A stretch of DNA of 64,000 bases from Alphaproteobacteria bacterium (lineage in GTDB: Bacteria; Pseudomonadota; Alphaproteobacteria; SP197): NCBI GenBank assembly GCA_965207785.1, contig CBDBNO010000011.1, positions 140,664-204,663 on the forward strand, read 5' to 3'. The notes beneath the pieces were generated by a model. The model had not been told where the DNA came from and searched no databases. It worked only from the letters and a program-made list of their open reading frames with translations. A program made the translations under genes and the position numbers. This document shows positions 35,026 through 45,066 of the stretch, piece by piece (position 1 is the first letter of the stretch; each line of letters starts with the position of its first letter).

Positions 35026-36834
35026 TCACCGCGACCCCCCGACGGGGTCCTGGCGGCCTTCCTCGGTGGCGTTTCGTTCATCCTCGGCGAACATCTCTTC
35101 GAGCTCACGGGTCCAGTGCCTGGCCTCTTCGGCCATGCGATCGGTGTCGTGCGCGATCGCGTGTTGCCGGAGCAGGCGTTCGGTGTCGTGGTCGCGGAAG
35201 GTGTTAACGGTTCGTTGGCTCTCGAAGGCGTCGAGGCCCAGTTCCGTCAGGATCGCGCGGGCAAGCTCGAGGCTCGAGTGAAAGGTGTCGCGCACGATAT
35301 GCCTGATGCCGAGGTCCATCAACGCATGAGCGTGCTGGCGGTTGCGCGCGCGAGCGAAGATCGTGAGGTGCGGGAAGTGTCTGCGCACGGCGCGCGCCGT
35401 CACGAGCGATTGCTCGACATCCTCGATCGCCAGCACGAAAAGAACCGCCTTGTCGGCATTCGCGGCGCGCAACAGTTCGACGCGGCTCGCATCGCCATAG
35501 TAAACCTTGCTGCCGAAGCGGCGCACGAAGTCGACCTGGTCCGAGCTCGTCTCGAGCGCGGTGAAACCGATGCGGCGCATGCGCAGGATGCGGCCCACGA
35601 TCTGGCCGACCCGGCCGAACCCGGCGATGATGACCCGGTTCTCCTCCTCGATGATCTGCTCGTACGCGAGTTCCGCTTTCGGCTCCAGCCGGACGTTCAG
35701 CCAGTCGCCCGCCCTGAGGGCCAGCGGCGTAGCCGCCATCGAGAGTGTCACCGCGACGATCAGCATGTCGGCGGTGCGCCAGTCCATCAGTGCGGAAGAC
35801 ACGCCAAGCGCGAGGATGACGAAGGCGAACTCGCCTCCCTGCGAAAGCGCCACGGCCGTGCCGCGGATCGTGCGCCAGTTCGCCGTTTCGACACGCGCGA
35901 CAGCGATCAGGCAGAGCATCTTGACCGACATCAGACCGAGCGCGAGGCCCAGCACGGCGAGGGGCGTTTCGATCACCAGACCGATGTTGACAGTCATCCC
36001 GACCGCCATGAAGAAGAGGCCGAGAAGCAGCCCCTTGAAGGGCTCGATATCGGCTTCGAGTTCGTGCCGGTATTCGGAATCGGCGAGCAGCACGCCGGCC
36101 AGGAACGCTCCGAGAGCCATCGAGAGGCCGACGAGGTCCATCAGCAGGGCCACGCCCACGACCGTGAGCAGGGCGGTGGCGGTAAACACCTCGTGCGTGC
36201 CGAACTGCGCCACGAGCCGCAGCACGTGGCGCAGGAGGTAGCGGCCACCGAGCACCATCAGCACGATCAGGCCGACCGCCTTGGCGATGTTGAGCCAGAG
36301 AGCTCCCTCGCCGGCGCTTGCGGACGCGGGCGCCAGAAGGGGCAGAAGGGCCAGAATGGGGATCACCGCGAGGTCTTGGAACAGCAGGATCGAGAACGAC
36401 AGGCGGCCGTGACGGGTCGTGAGTTCGTTGCGCTCGGCGAGCGCCTGCAGCGCGAAGGCGGTTGACGACAGCGACAGGGCGAGTCCGGCAACCACGGCGG
36501 CCTCGAGCGGCAGTCCCAACGCGAAGGCGAGACCGGCGAGCGCTACAACGGTCAGCGCGAACTGCCCTCCGCCCAGCCCGAACACCGCCCGGCGCATGGC
36601 CCATAGACGCAGCGGCTGCAGTTCGAGGCCGATGACGAACAGCAGCAGGACGACGCCGAGTTCGGCGAAATGAAGGATTTCCTGCTCGTCGTCGACAAGA
36701 TCCAGCGCCCAGGGACCGACGATCAAGCCCGCCAGCATGTAGCCAAGAACCGAACCCATTCCGGCTCGCCTGGCAAGCGGGACGACGACCACGGCCGCGG
36801 CGAGAAAGATGGCAACCTGCTCGAGAAACGCCAT
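35026..36834 (-). CDS. glutathione-regulated K+ efflux / CPA2 cation:proton antiporter with TrkA-N domain (KefB/KefC-like)
   Basis: 602 aa. About 12 transmembrane segments followed by a Rossmann TrkA-N domain (IIAGFGRVGQIVGRIL). Confidence 0.8.
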   Translation of the reverse strand: MAFLEQVAIFLAAAVVVVPLARRAGMGSVLGYMLAGLIVGPWALDLVDDEQEILHFAELGVVLLLFVIGLELQPLRLWAMRRAVFGLGGGQFALTVVALAGLAFALGLPLEAAVVAGLALSLSSTAFALQALAERNELTTRHGRLSFSILLFQDLAVIPILALLPLLAPASASAGEGALWLNIAKAVGLIVLMVLGGRYLLRHVLRLVAQFGTHEVFTATALLTVVGVALLMDLVGLSMALGAFLAGVLLADSEYRHELEADIEPFKGLLLGLFFMAVGMTVNIGLVIETPLAVLGLALGLMSVKMLCLIAVARVETANWRTIRGTAVALSQGGEFAFVILALGVSSALMDWRTADMLIVAVTLSMAATPLALRAGDWLNVRLEPKAELAYEQIIEEENRVIIAGFGRVGQIVGRILRMRRIGFTALETSSDQVDFVRRFGSKVYYGDASRVELLRAANADKAVLFVLAIEDVEQSLVTARAVRRHFPHLTIFARARNRQHAHALMDLGIRHIVRDTFHSSLELARAILTELGLDAFESQRTVNTFRDHDTERLLRQHAIAHDTDRMAEEARHWTRELEEMFAEDERNATEEGRQDPVGGSR

Positions 36835-36946
36835 GTGATTCGCCCCTCCTCTTCGAACCGCGCCCGCAGAGCCTGATCTTGTGGCCGCATCTCCGGAACT
36901 CTACCATGCCGGCCGCACGGGCTGGCGCCACGGGAGAGTGTTGACA

Positions 36947-37399
36947 ATGCTCGACATCGAGAAGGTGGACCACATCGGCATTCGGGTCAGCGACAGGACC
37001 GTCTCCATCGCGTTCTACGAACGCCTCGGCTTCAGGACCCTTGCCGACGCGGGCTTCGAGAAGGGCCACCCCATTATCATGCAGCATCCCTCGGGCGTCG
37101 TGCTCAACCTGCTCGGCCCGGCAAACACCACGAACGACACCAACATCCTGATGGACGTGGACGAGAAGTATCCGGGCATCACCCACGTCTCGTTCAAGGT
37201 GGCCTCGCTCGACGCCGCCAAGGCGTTCCTTGCGGAGAGCGGCATTCCGCTCAGCGGCCAGTTCTCGTTCAAGGACCTGCGGGCGGTCTTCATCCGCGAT
37301 CCCGACCGCAACGTGATCGAGCTTGACGCCTACGCCGCAGAGGAGCCTCAGACGCGGGCCGTCCCTGCTGAGGATGCCGGCTACCGGGCGCATCCATAG
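36947..37399 (+). CDS. VOC (glyoxalase/bleomycin-resistance/dioxygenase) family protein
   Basis: MLDIEKVDHIGIRVSD... about 150 aa. VOC fold motifs (HIGIRV, HVSFKV). Confidence 0.6.
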   Translation: MLDIEKVDHIGIRVSDRTVSIAFYERLGFRTLADAGFEKGHPIIMQHPSGVVLNLLGPANTTNDTNILMDVDEKYPGITHVSFKVASLDAAKAFLAESGIPLSGQFSFKDLRAVFIRDPDRNVIELDAYAAEEPQTRAVPAEDAGYRAHP

Positions 37400-37497
37400 A
37401 GGGTGCACAAGGCCCGGTGCGCCAGCGCCGGCACGAGCAGCCCGCTGTCCCGGACCAGGAGGCTGGTCAGTTCTTCAAGCGCGACGATCTCGATGCC

Positions 37498-37760
37498 TCA
37501 GGAGTGGACTCGCACGTCGGAGCACGGCGCGCTGACGCCGCCGATATGATCCGGATGGACATGGATGCAGATCACGGCGCGAACCGGCTTGACCGTGATC
37601 CGGCGGCAGCATTCGGCGACCGGCTCGGCGAACTCGACTGTCGGCAACGGATCGACCAGGAGGCAGCCGTAGTCGCCCTCGACCAGCGCGCGGTTGGACG
37701 AGCTGAACCAGCGGGCGACACGATCGCGTCCGGCAAGGGTTCGAGCTTGGAGTTCCGGAA
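37498..37760 (-). pseudogene. metallo-beta-lactamase-fold hydrolase N-terminal fragment (truncated)
   Basis: ...RALVEGDYGCLLVDPLPTV...VRAVICIHVHPDHIGGV then a stop; carries the HxHxDH zinc motif but lacks the rest of the fold. Confidence 0.3.
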
Positions 37761-37852
37761 GGCGAGGCCGGGATGGACGGTTACGGGCCGGTTCGAATCC
37801 TGCGCTTTGCTGTGGCGGTTCTGCGACGCCGCAAATCAGCCCGGTCCGCCAA

Positions 37853-40090
37853 TCAGACCTTTCCGGCACTCGCGATTGCGGCGATGTTGAGCAGGCCGCG
37901 CACGGTGGCATTCGGCGTGACGATATGGGCTGCGCCGCCATAGCCGAGCAGGATCGGGCCGATCGGCTGGGCGTTGCCAAGGGCCGACAGCGCGTGGATC
38001 GCCGCGTTGGCTGCGTCCATCCCCGGAAAGACCAGGATGTTGGCGCGTTCGGTGAGCCGCGCTTCGGGCAGGAAGTGATCACGCGCTGCCTTGTCGAAGG
38101 CCAGGTTGAGCTGCATCTCGCCCTCGAACTCGAAATCGGCTTGCGTTTCGGCAAGGATTTCGGTCGCACGACGCATCCGGGCCGCGCTCGGGCTGGAATG
38201 AGCACCGAAGTTGGCATGGCTGATCAGCGCGACCCGCGGGATCTGGCCGAAGGCGTGGACCTGCGCCGCCGCCGCGCGGCAGATCCCGGCAATGGCTTCT
38301 GCATCCGGTTCGTAGTTCACATAGCCGTCGGCGATAAAGACGGTGCCGGAATCCGTGATCAGCGGCACCAGGGCCGTTACGGTTTCCGACTGGGCCCCCA
38401 GAATCTGGTCAACGTGTTCCAGATGGGTTGAATAATGACCCGAGGTACCGCAGATCAGGCAGGCCGCACCACCCTCGCGGACGTGCATTGCCGCGGCCAG
38501 GGTGTCGCTGGTCCGGAACAGCTTGCGGGCGGCCTCTGGGCCGATCCCGTCGCGGGCCCGCAGACCGTGGAGCCTTGCGCCATAACGCTCGATCACCTCT
38601 TCGTCATCGTGGTCGAACACTTCGAAGTCCCTGTCGGGCGTCACGCGCAGGCCCCTCTCGGTGCACAGGGCAGCGATCCGGCCTGCCCGCCCGGTGGCGA
38701 CGGGCGCTGCGATGCCCTCATCGAGAATGTTCTGGATTGCCCGGAGCACCCTCCGGTCCTCGCCCTCGGCAAAGATCACCTTGCGCGGCGCTGCCCGGGC
38801 GCTGTCGAAGATCGGCCGCATCAGGAAACTGGTTCGGTAAACGAAACTGGAAAGCCGGGTACGGTAGGCGTCGAGGTTCTCGATCGGGCGCGTCGCGACG
38901 CCGCTCTTCATCGCCGCGCTGGCGACGGCCGGTGCGATCGCGCCGAGAAGCCGCGGATCGAAAGGCCGGGGCAACAGGTAGTCGCGGCCGAACTTCAGCC
39001 GCTCCTCGCCGTAGGCCCGGGCGACCTCGTCGGTGATGCCCGCGCGCGCCAGTTCGGCCAGCGCGGTGACGCAGGCAAGTTCCATCTGCCTGTTGATGGC
39101 CGTTGCGCCGACATCGAGCGCGCCGCGAAAAATGAATGGAAAGCACAGGACGTTGTTGACCTGGTTCGGATAGTCGGTCCGCCCGGTGCAGACAATGGCG
39201 TCCGGGCGCGCGGCGCTAACCTCTTCGGGCATGATCTCCGGCACCGGGTTGGCCAGCGCCATGACCATGGGTTCCGGTCCCATGCGTCGGCACTGTTCGG
39301 AACTCAGCACGTTCGGCCCGGAAAGGCCGAGAAAGATGTCTGCGCCGTCGATCGCGTCGTCCAGGGTTCGGGCGCGGGTGTCCCGGGCGAAGGCGGCCTT
39401 GTGCGGCTCCGCGTGACGCCCCTTGTGGACGAGCCCTTCGATGTCGACCAGCCAGACATTCTCGCGTTTCAGCCCGAGGTCCAGAAGCAGGTTCAGGCAG
39501 GCGATACCGGCTGCGCCGCCGCCGGTCGAGACCAGCTTGATCCGGCTGAGTTCCTTGCCCAGGAGATGCATGCCGTTGACAATGGCGGCGGCGACGACGA
39601 TGGCGGTGCCGTGCTGGTCGTCGTGGAAGACGGGGATGTTCATCTCCGCCTTCAGCCGGCTTTCGACCTGGAAGCAGTCGGGCGCCTTGATGTCTTCCAG
39701 ATTGATGGCGCCGAAAGCCGGCTCGAGCCGCCGGATCGTGTCGGCCAGCGCGTCCGGATCGCTCTCGTCGATCTCGATGTCGAACACGTCGATATCGGCA
39801 AATCTCTTGAAGAGGACAGCTTTGCCTTCCATGACCGGCTTTGCCGCTAGCGCCCCGATGTTGCCGAGCCCGAGCACGGCCGAGCCGTTGGTGACGACCG
39901 CGACCAGATTGGCCCGCGCCGTGTAGCGCGCCGCATCCTCCGGTCGTTCGGCGATCGCGCTGCTCGCCTCTGCGACGCCCGGGGAATAGGCCAGCGCAAG
40001 ATCGCGTTGGTTGGCCAGGGGCTTGGTCGGGCGGATCGCCAGTTTCCCCGGCCTGCCTGCTGCATGATAGCGCAAAGCGTCCTGGTCCAT
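37853..40090 (-). CDS. maeB: NADP-dependent malic enzyme (malic enzyme + phosphotransacetylase-like C-terminal domain)
   Basis: Start at MDQDALRYHAAG (the annotated ORF extends upstream). Malic-enzyme N-terminal and NAD domains, plus a ~330-aa C-terminal phosphotransacetylase-like domain typical of MaeB. Confidence 0.85.
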   Translation of the reverse strand: MDQDALRYHAAGRPGKLAIRPTKPLANQRDLALAYSPGVAEASSAIAERPEDAARYTARANLVAVVTNGSAVLGLGNIGALAAKPVMEGKAVLFKRFADIDVFDIEIDESDPDALADTIRRLEPAFGAINLEDIKAPDCFQVESRLKAEMNIPVFHDDQHGTAIVVAAAIVNGMHLLGKELSRIKLVSTGGGAAGIACLNLLLDLGLKRENVWLVDIEGLVHKGRHAEPHKAAFARDTRARTLDDAIDGADIFLGLSGPNVLSSEQCRRMGPEPMVMALANPVPEIMPEEVSAARPDAIVCTGRTDYPNQVNNVLCFPFIFRGALDVGATAINRQMELACVTALAELARAGITDEVARAYGEERLKFGRDYLLPRPFDPRLLGAIAPAVASAAMKSGVATRPIENLDAYRTRLSSFVYRTSFLMRPIFDSARAAPRKVIFAEGEDRRVLRAIQNILDEGIAAPVATGRAGRIAALCTERGLRVTPDRDFEVFDHDDEEVIERYGARLHGLRARDGIGPEAARKLFRTSDTLAAAMHVREGGAACLICGTSGHYSTHLEHVDQILGAQSETVTALVPLITDSGTVFIADGYVNYEPDAEAIAGICRAAAAQVHAFGQIPRVALISHANFGAHSSPSAARMRRATEILAETQADFEFEGEMQLNLAFDKAARDHFLPEARLTERANILVFPGMDAANAAIHALSALGNAQPIGPILLGYGGAAHIVTPNATVRGLLNIAAIASAGKV

Positions 40091-40375
40091 GTCCTGCCCC
40101 TCGAACCGGCGGAACGTGACTCTCGCAATCAGGAACCGTATCACAGAAGCCGCGAGGTGGCCGCCGGCCCGATGGTCATTCGGTCCCATGCACCGCCGCG
40201 ACGCACCCGCGCGTGAAGCATGTTCCGCACCCGTCCGCCCGTGTTGACCGATCAAATCCCTGGCCAAACAGGAGCGCGAAGGATTCTGACAACACCATTG
40301 CCGTCAATGGTTGCGAGGGAAAGACGTGAACCTGCGACTCTTGGGTTGTGAGGGGCGCGATTCAGGCGCTTTCAT

Positions 40376-41173
40376 CTATGTCAGTGCGCCGATGAGGGCG
40401 TCGAGAGTCAAGTTGGGGCGCTCCGCCATCATCATGTGGCCGCATCCCTCCAGCACGATCATGCGGCCATCGGGGAGGGCGTCGACGAGGGCCCGGGCAT
40501 TGCGTGGCGGCGTCATCATGTCCCGATCGCCGAGGATGAGCGTCGCCGGGCACGTGACCCCGGCGGCCGCCTCGAGCCCGTTGGTGTAGTCGTTGCAGGC
40601 CTTCATGTCGTTGTAGAGGACGCCGTCGCCGCCGCGTTCGAGCAGACGCATGCCGCCCCCGGTGATCCACAGCCCCGGGACTTCCGAGCCTCCCATCTGG
40701 GCGGCACGACTGTGTCCCCAGACGGTCACCATGTCGTAGGCGGCATGGCTGTTGATCCGGGCGTTGTCCAGCAGGGCATCGGTGACGGGCATCGGCACGC
40801 TGGTGCCCAGCAGCACGATGTGTGTGCACCGTGGCGGGTAGCGGGAGGCGGCCTCGAGGACGGGCAGCGAACCCATGGAATGTCCGACCAGGGAGGCCGT
40901 GGCCACTCCGGCGGCATCGAGAACGTGCATGAGCCAGTCGGCGACGGCGCCGACCGAAGGCAGGGGCGGCCCCTCCGACCGGCCGTGTCCGGGCAGGTCG
41001 ACGGCGAGGACGGCGTGGCCATGGTGGGCAAACCAGCGGGCCTGAGCCGACCAGACCGTGCGGTTCATGGAGGCGCCGTGGACGAAGAGAACCACCGGCA
41101 GTGCCGCATCGAATGTCCTGCCGCCGGTGGCTGCGAAGACCGCGCGGCCGTCGACGGTAAGTTCCAGTGACAT
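40376..41173 (-). CDS. alpha/beta-fold hydrolase
   Basis: 265 aa. GHSMG nucleophile elbow, HG oxyanion motif, C-terminal His. Confidence 0.7.
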   Translation of the reverse strand: MSLELTVDGRAVFAATGGRTFDAALPVVLFVHGASMNRTVWSAQARWFAHHGHAVLAVDLPGHGRSEGPPLPSVGAVADWLMHVLDAAGVATASLVGHSMGSLPVLEAASRYPPRCTHIVLLGTSVPMPVTDALLDNARINSHAAYDMVTVWGHSRAAQMGGSEVPGLWITGGGMRLLERGGDGVLYNDMKACNDYTNGLEAAAGVTCPATLILGDRDMMTPPRNARALVDALPDGRMIVLEGCGHMMMAERPNLTLDALIGALT

Positions 41174-41177
41174 CGCC

Positions 41178-42473
41178 TCAGGCCCTGGAAGCGGCGGCGA
41201 GGCCGCGCTTGAGATCAGCGACGAGATCGTCCGGATCCTCGAGTCCTATGGAGAGGCGCACGAGCCCTTCGGAGATGCCGGCCGCCTCGAGGGCAGCCGC
41301 ATCCATCTGCTGATGGGTCGTCGAGGCAGGATGGATGACCAGCGACTTGGCGTCTCCGACGTTGGCGAGATGAGAAAAGAGCTGCAATGCCTCGATGAAC
41401 TTCACGCCCGCCTCGCGGCCTCCCTTCAGCTCGAAGCTGAAGATCGCGCCGGGTCCCTTCGGCAACAGACGCTTCGAGAGCTCGTGGTCGGGATGGGACG
41501 GGAGCTCGGGCCACAGGACGCCGCGGACCGCATCGTGTCCGGCAAGGAAGGTGACGACGGCACGGGCATTCTCGACATGGCGCGTCATGCGCAGCGGCAG
41601 GGTTTCCACGCCCTGGAGCAGGTAGAAGGCGGTGGCCGGGCTCATGCAGGCGCCAAAGTCGCGCAAACCCTCGGCGCGGGCCCGCATGATGAGGGCTCCC
41701 GGGCCGAACTCCTCCGCGAAATCGAGACCGTGATAGCCGGCATAGGGTTCGGTGAGGGTGGGAAAGAGCCCGCTTGCCTCCCAGTCGAAGGCGCCCCGGT
41801 CGACGAGCACGCCGCCAATGGCAACGCCGTGTCCGCCGAGGAACTTGGTGGCCGAGTGCATGATGAGATCGGCGCCGTGGTCGAACGGGCGCGACAGGAA
41901 GGGCGAGGCAAAGGTGTTGTCGATCATCAGCGGCAGACCGGCCTCGTGGGCGACTCCGGCGACAGCGGGAATGTCGAGGACCTCGAGACCCGGATTGCCA
42001 AGCGTCTCACCGAAGAGAAGCCGCGTGCGGGGGCCGATGGCCTGGCGGAAGGCATCCGGATCCCGGGGGTTGACGAAGGTCGTCGTGATACCGAAGCGGG
42101 GCAGCGTGTAGTTGAACATGTTGTGGCTGCCGCCGTAGATCGAGCCGGAAGCAACGATGTGATCCCCGTTGCCCATGAGCGTGGCCACGGCGAGGTGAAG
42201 CGCTGCCTGGCCGCTTGCGGTGGCCACCGCTCCGACACCGCCCTCGAGGCCGGCGATCCGTTCCTCGAAAACGGAGACGGTTGGATTGGAAATGCGTGAA
42301 TAGATGTGACCGGCGCGTTCGAGGTTGAAGAGCGAGGCGGCATGATCGGTCGACGGGAAGACAAAGGAGGTCGACTGGTAGAGGGGAACGGCACGCGCCC
42401 CGGTCACGGGGTCGGGCTTCTGCCCTCCATGGAGGGCAAGAGTATCGAATCGCGGGTGTCCGGAACCGGCCAT
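41178..42473 (-). CDS. metY: O-acetylhomoserine aminocarboxypropyltransferase / sulfhydrylase (PLP, Cys/Met-metabolism family)
   Basis: 431 aa. MAGSGHPRFDTLALHGG...YQSTSFVF N-terminus and a PLP-lysine region typical of MetY/MetZ. Confidence 0.8.
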   Translation of the reverse strand: MAGSGHPRFDTLALHGGQKPDPVTGARAVPLYQSTSFVFPSTDHAASLFNLERAGHIYSRISNPTVSVFEERIAGLEGGVGAVATASGQAALHLAVATLMGNGDHIVASGSIYGGSHNMFNYTLPRFGITTTFVNPRDPDAFRQAIGPRTRLLFGETLGNPGLEVLDIPAVAGVAHEAGLPLMIDNTFASPFLSRPFDHGADLIMHSATKFLGGHGVAIGGVLVDRGAFDWEASGLFPTLTEPYAGYHGLDFAEEFGPGALIMRARAEGLRDFGACMSPATAFYLLQGVETLPLRMTRHVENARAVVTFLAGHDAVRGVLWPELPSHPDHELSKRLLPKGPGAIFSFELKGGREAGVKFIEALQLFSHLANVGDAKSLVIHPASTTHQQMDAAALEAAGISEGLVRLSIGLEDPDDLVADLKRGLAAASRA

Positions 42474-42600
42474 GGGAGCTGCTCATCCTTGGGAAGCCGG
42501 CGCACACTAGACCGCCGGTCGTTGAGCGTCCACCGCGGGCGGATTGATCCTGAACAGGCTTGCGGTAATGTCAGCGCCGCTGACCGGAGGACTCTCGATC

Positions 42601-44019
42601 ATGGCACCACTCCCGCAATCCATGGCCGAAGCGCTGCCAACGGACGACCGGATCCGCGAAACCGGCGAGTGGCTGGCGGGTCACAACGTCAAGTACATCC
42701 TGTGCTGCTGGATCGATCTCCTTGGGCAGCCCAAGACCAAGCCTGTGCCGCTCAGCGACTGGGAACGGCTCGCCAGGGGGATGGGCCCGCAGTTTGCCGT
42801 GCATTCGGTATCGTTTGTCCCTGAACTGGGCCCGGCCGATCCGGACCAGATCATGGTTCCCGATCTCGACTCCCTGACATTGTGCCCCTGGGATAAGACC
42901 ATGGCTTGGGTCTTTGCCGATCTCTGGTGGTCCGACAAGCCCTACAATCTGTGTCCCAGAGGGGCGATGAAACGGATTCTCGCCGACTGCGAGGACAAGG
43001 GCTATCTGGTCTATGCCGGTGTCGAGCCCGAGTTCATCGCCATGCGCTGGAAGGACGGCAGGCCCGTCAAGGCGTTCGATGACGACCTGGAGGCTGGCGA
43101 AGGCCTGCGTCCTCGCCGCCAGGCCTTTGGCTACGACGTCGAGTACTCCATCAATTCGATGGGGTTTCTGGGTGAACTGATCGACATACTCGACGGTGAA
43201 CTCGACTGGGACCTGCACGACGTGGTGTGCGAGGGGGCCTACAGCCAGTTCGAACTCGACTTCGGCTACACCGATGCGCTTGCCATGGCAGACCGCCTCG
43301 TCTTCCTCAGAATCCTGCTCAAGGAAATCGCCAAGAAGCACGGCATGTTCATCACGTTCATGCCGAAGCCGACGACCGGCGACTGGCGCTCGGGTGCGCA
43401 CATGAATACCTCCATGCGCAGTACCACGTCGCCGGACGCCAATCTCTTCGAATCACCGGATGGCTGGTCGCCGGAAGTCAGCCATGCCATTGGCGGCCTG
43501 TTGCAGCATGGCGGGGCTCTGACGGCGATTGCCTGTCCGACCGTCAATTCCTACAACGGTCTGGTTCCCCGGGTCGGCGGCTTCGAGGGCGGCACGGTCA
43601 CCTGGGCGCCGACCCACATGACCTACGGCTACAACAACCGTTCGGCCATGTTGCGCATGCCGCAAAACCGCTACTGCATCGAGAACCGTGCGGCCGACAT
43701 GTGCATGAATCCCTATCTGGCCCTGGGCGTGACCGCGGCCTGCATGACCGAGGGCATCGTCTCCGGGATCGATCCCGGGCCACCGCTGAACGAGGACCTC
43801 TACAGTCTCAGCGAAGAGGATCTCGCCCGTTCGGGCGCCCAGCGCCTGCCGCGCAATCTCTTCGAGGCCGCTGAGATCTTGCGCGACGATACCTTCGTCA
43901 AGGAGGTCATCGGCGAGCAGATGCACGCCTCGTTCCTTGCCTACAAGTTCGACGAATGGGAGCGTTACCACCAGGAAGTGACGGACTGGGAGGTTCGCGA
44001 GTACCTGAGGCTCTATTGA
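42601..44019 (+). CDS. glutamine synthetase family protein (GS catalytic domain; gamma-glutamyl ligase type)
   Basis: GS beta-grasp and catalytic domains (GVEPEF, NSYNGLV, RMPQNRY motifs). The annotated ORF starts at 42544; an internal Met at 42601 is possible. Confidence 0.75.
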   Translation: MAPLPQSMAEALPTDDRIRETGEWLAGHNVKYILCCWIDLLGQPKTKPVPLSDWERLARGMGPQFAVHSVSFVPELGPADPDQIMVPDLDSLTLCPWDKTMAWVFADLWWSDKPYNLCPRGAMKRILADCEDKGYLVYAGVEPEFIAMRWKDGRPVKAFDDDLEAGEGLRPRRQAFGYDVEYSINSMGFLGELIDILDGELDWDLHDVVCEGAYSQFELDFGYTDALAMADRLVFLRILLKEIAKKHGMFITFMPKPTTGDWRSGAHMNTSMRSTTSPDANLFESPDGWSPEVSHAIGGLLQHGGALTAIACPTVNSYNGLVPRVGGFEGGTVTWAPTHMTYGYNNRSAMLRMPQNRYCIENRAADMCMNPYLALGVTAACMTEGIVSGIDPGPPLNEDLYSLSEEDLARSGAQRLPRNLFEAAEILRDDTFVKEVIGEQMHASFLAYKFDEWERYHQEVTDWEVREYLRLY

Positions 44020-45035
44020 TGGCCGACTCCTTCGAGACGTGGTCCCTTGGTGATGTCTCGCTGCAGTCGGGAGAAGTTCTCAGGGGCGCTCGCCTTGCCT
44101 ACCGCACCTGGGGCGCGCTGAATCCGGCAGGTGACAACGCGGTTCTCATTCCCACCTACTACACAGGCACGCACCGCAACAACGAGGCCTATTTCGGTCC
44201 CGGGCGCGCGCTCGATCCGGCACTGCATTTCATCGTCTCGATCGACCTCTTCGGCAACGGCCTGTCGTCGTCACCGGATAATCATCCCGCCCCCCAGGAC
44301 GGTCCGCGATTCCCGCGGACCACCTTCTTCGACAATGTCGCCTGCCAGCGCCGCCTGTTGACGGAAGCGCTGGGGGTCACCCGTCTGCGCCTTGTCACCG
44401 GCTGGTCCATGGGAGGCTGCCAGTCCTTCCAGTGGGGCGCCCAGTATCCCGACATGGTCGACGCCATTCTGCCATTCTGCGGGTCGGCGCGGACATCGCC
44501 CCACAACATCGTCTTCCTCGAAGGCGTCAAGGCCGCACTCACCGCCGATGCAGCGTGGTCGGGCGGCGACTACACGGAGCAACCGGTCACCGGTCTCAAG
44601 GCGTTCGGCAGAGTCTACGCCGGCTGGGCCTACTCGCAGACGTGGTACCGTGAGGCCCACTACCGCGATCTCGGTTTCGAAAGCATCGAGGACGTCCTTG
44701 CCGACTGGGAGGCCGACCATGTCGACAACTGGGACGCCAACAACCTGCTTCACAAGCTCTGGACCTGGCAGAAGGGCGACATCAGCGCCAATCACCTCTA
44801 TGGCGGCGACTTCGCCCGAGCGCTTGGCGCCATCACGCCGCGGGCCATCGTCATGCCCTCGTCAACCGACCTTTACTTCCCGCCGGAGGACAGCGAGATC
44901 GAGGTTGAGGGCATGCCCAACGCCGAACTCAGGGTCTATCCGACGGTCTGGGGACATTGCGTGGCCAGCGGCCATGCAGTCCCGGCCTTCCACGACTTTC
45001 TCGATCAAGCCATCCGCGACCTCATCGATTGCTGA
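44019..45035 (+). CDS. homoserine O-acetyltransferase (MetX)-family alpha/beta hydrolase
   Basis: MADSFETWSLGD... GWSMGG nucleophile motif, MetX-like length. ATG overlaps the GS-like TGA (TGATG). Confidence 0.65.
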   Translation: MADSFETWSLGDVSLQSGEVLRGARLAYRTWGALNPAGDNAVLIPTYYTGTHRNNEAYFGPGRALDPALHFIVSIDLFGNGLSSSPDNHPAPQDGPRFPRTTFFDNVACQRRLLTEALGVTRLRLVTGWSMGGCQSFQWGAQYPDMVDAILPFCGSARTSPHNIVFLEGVKAALTADAAWSGGDYTEQPVTGLKAFGRVYAGWAYSQTWYREAHYRDLGFESIEDVLADWEADHVDNWDANNLLHKLWTWQKGDISANHLYGGDFARALGAITPRAIVMPSSTDLYFPPEDSEIEVEGMPNAELRVYPTVWGHCVASGHAVPAFHDFLDQAIRDLIDC

Positions 45036-45066
45036 CCGCAGGAGGAGCCTCTTCGGCGGCGGGCGG

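Noticed and set aside
42474-42600. SAM-II riboswitch in the metY leader
   Set aside because: There is a GCAAGCC...AGCUC-like arrangement, but I cannot confirm the pseudoknot consensus by eye. A covariance-model search (Rfam SAM-II/SAM-V) is needed, so I leave it unreported as a feature.
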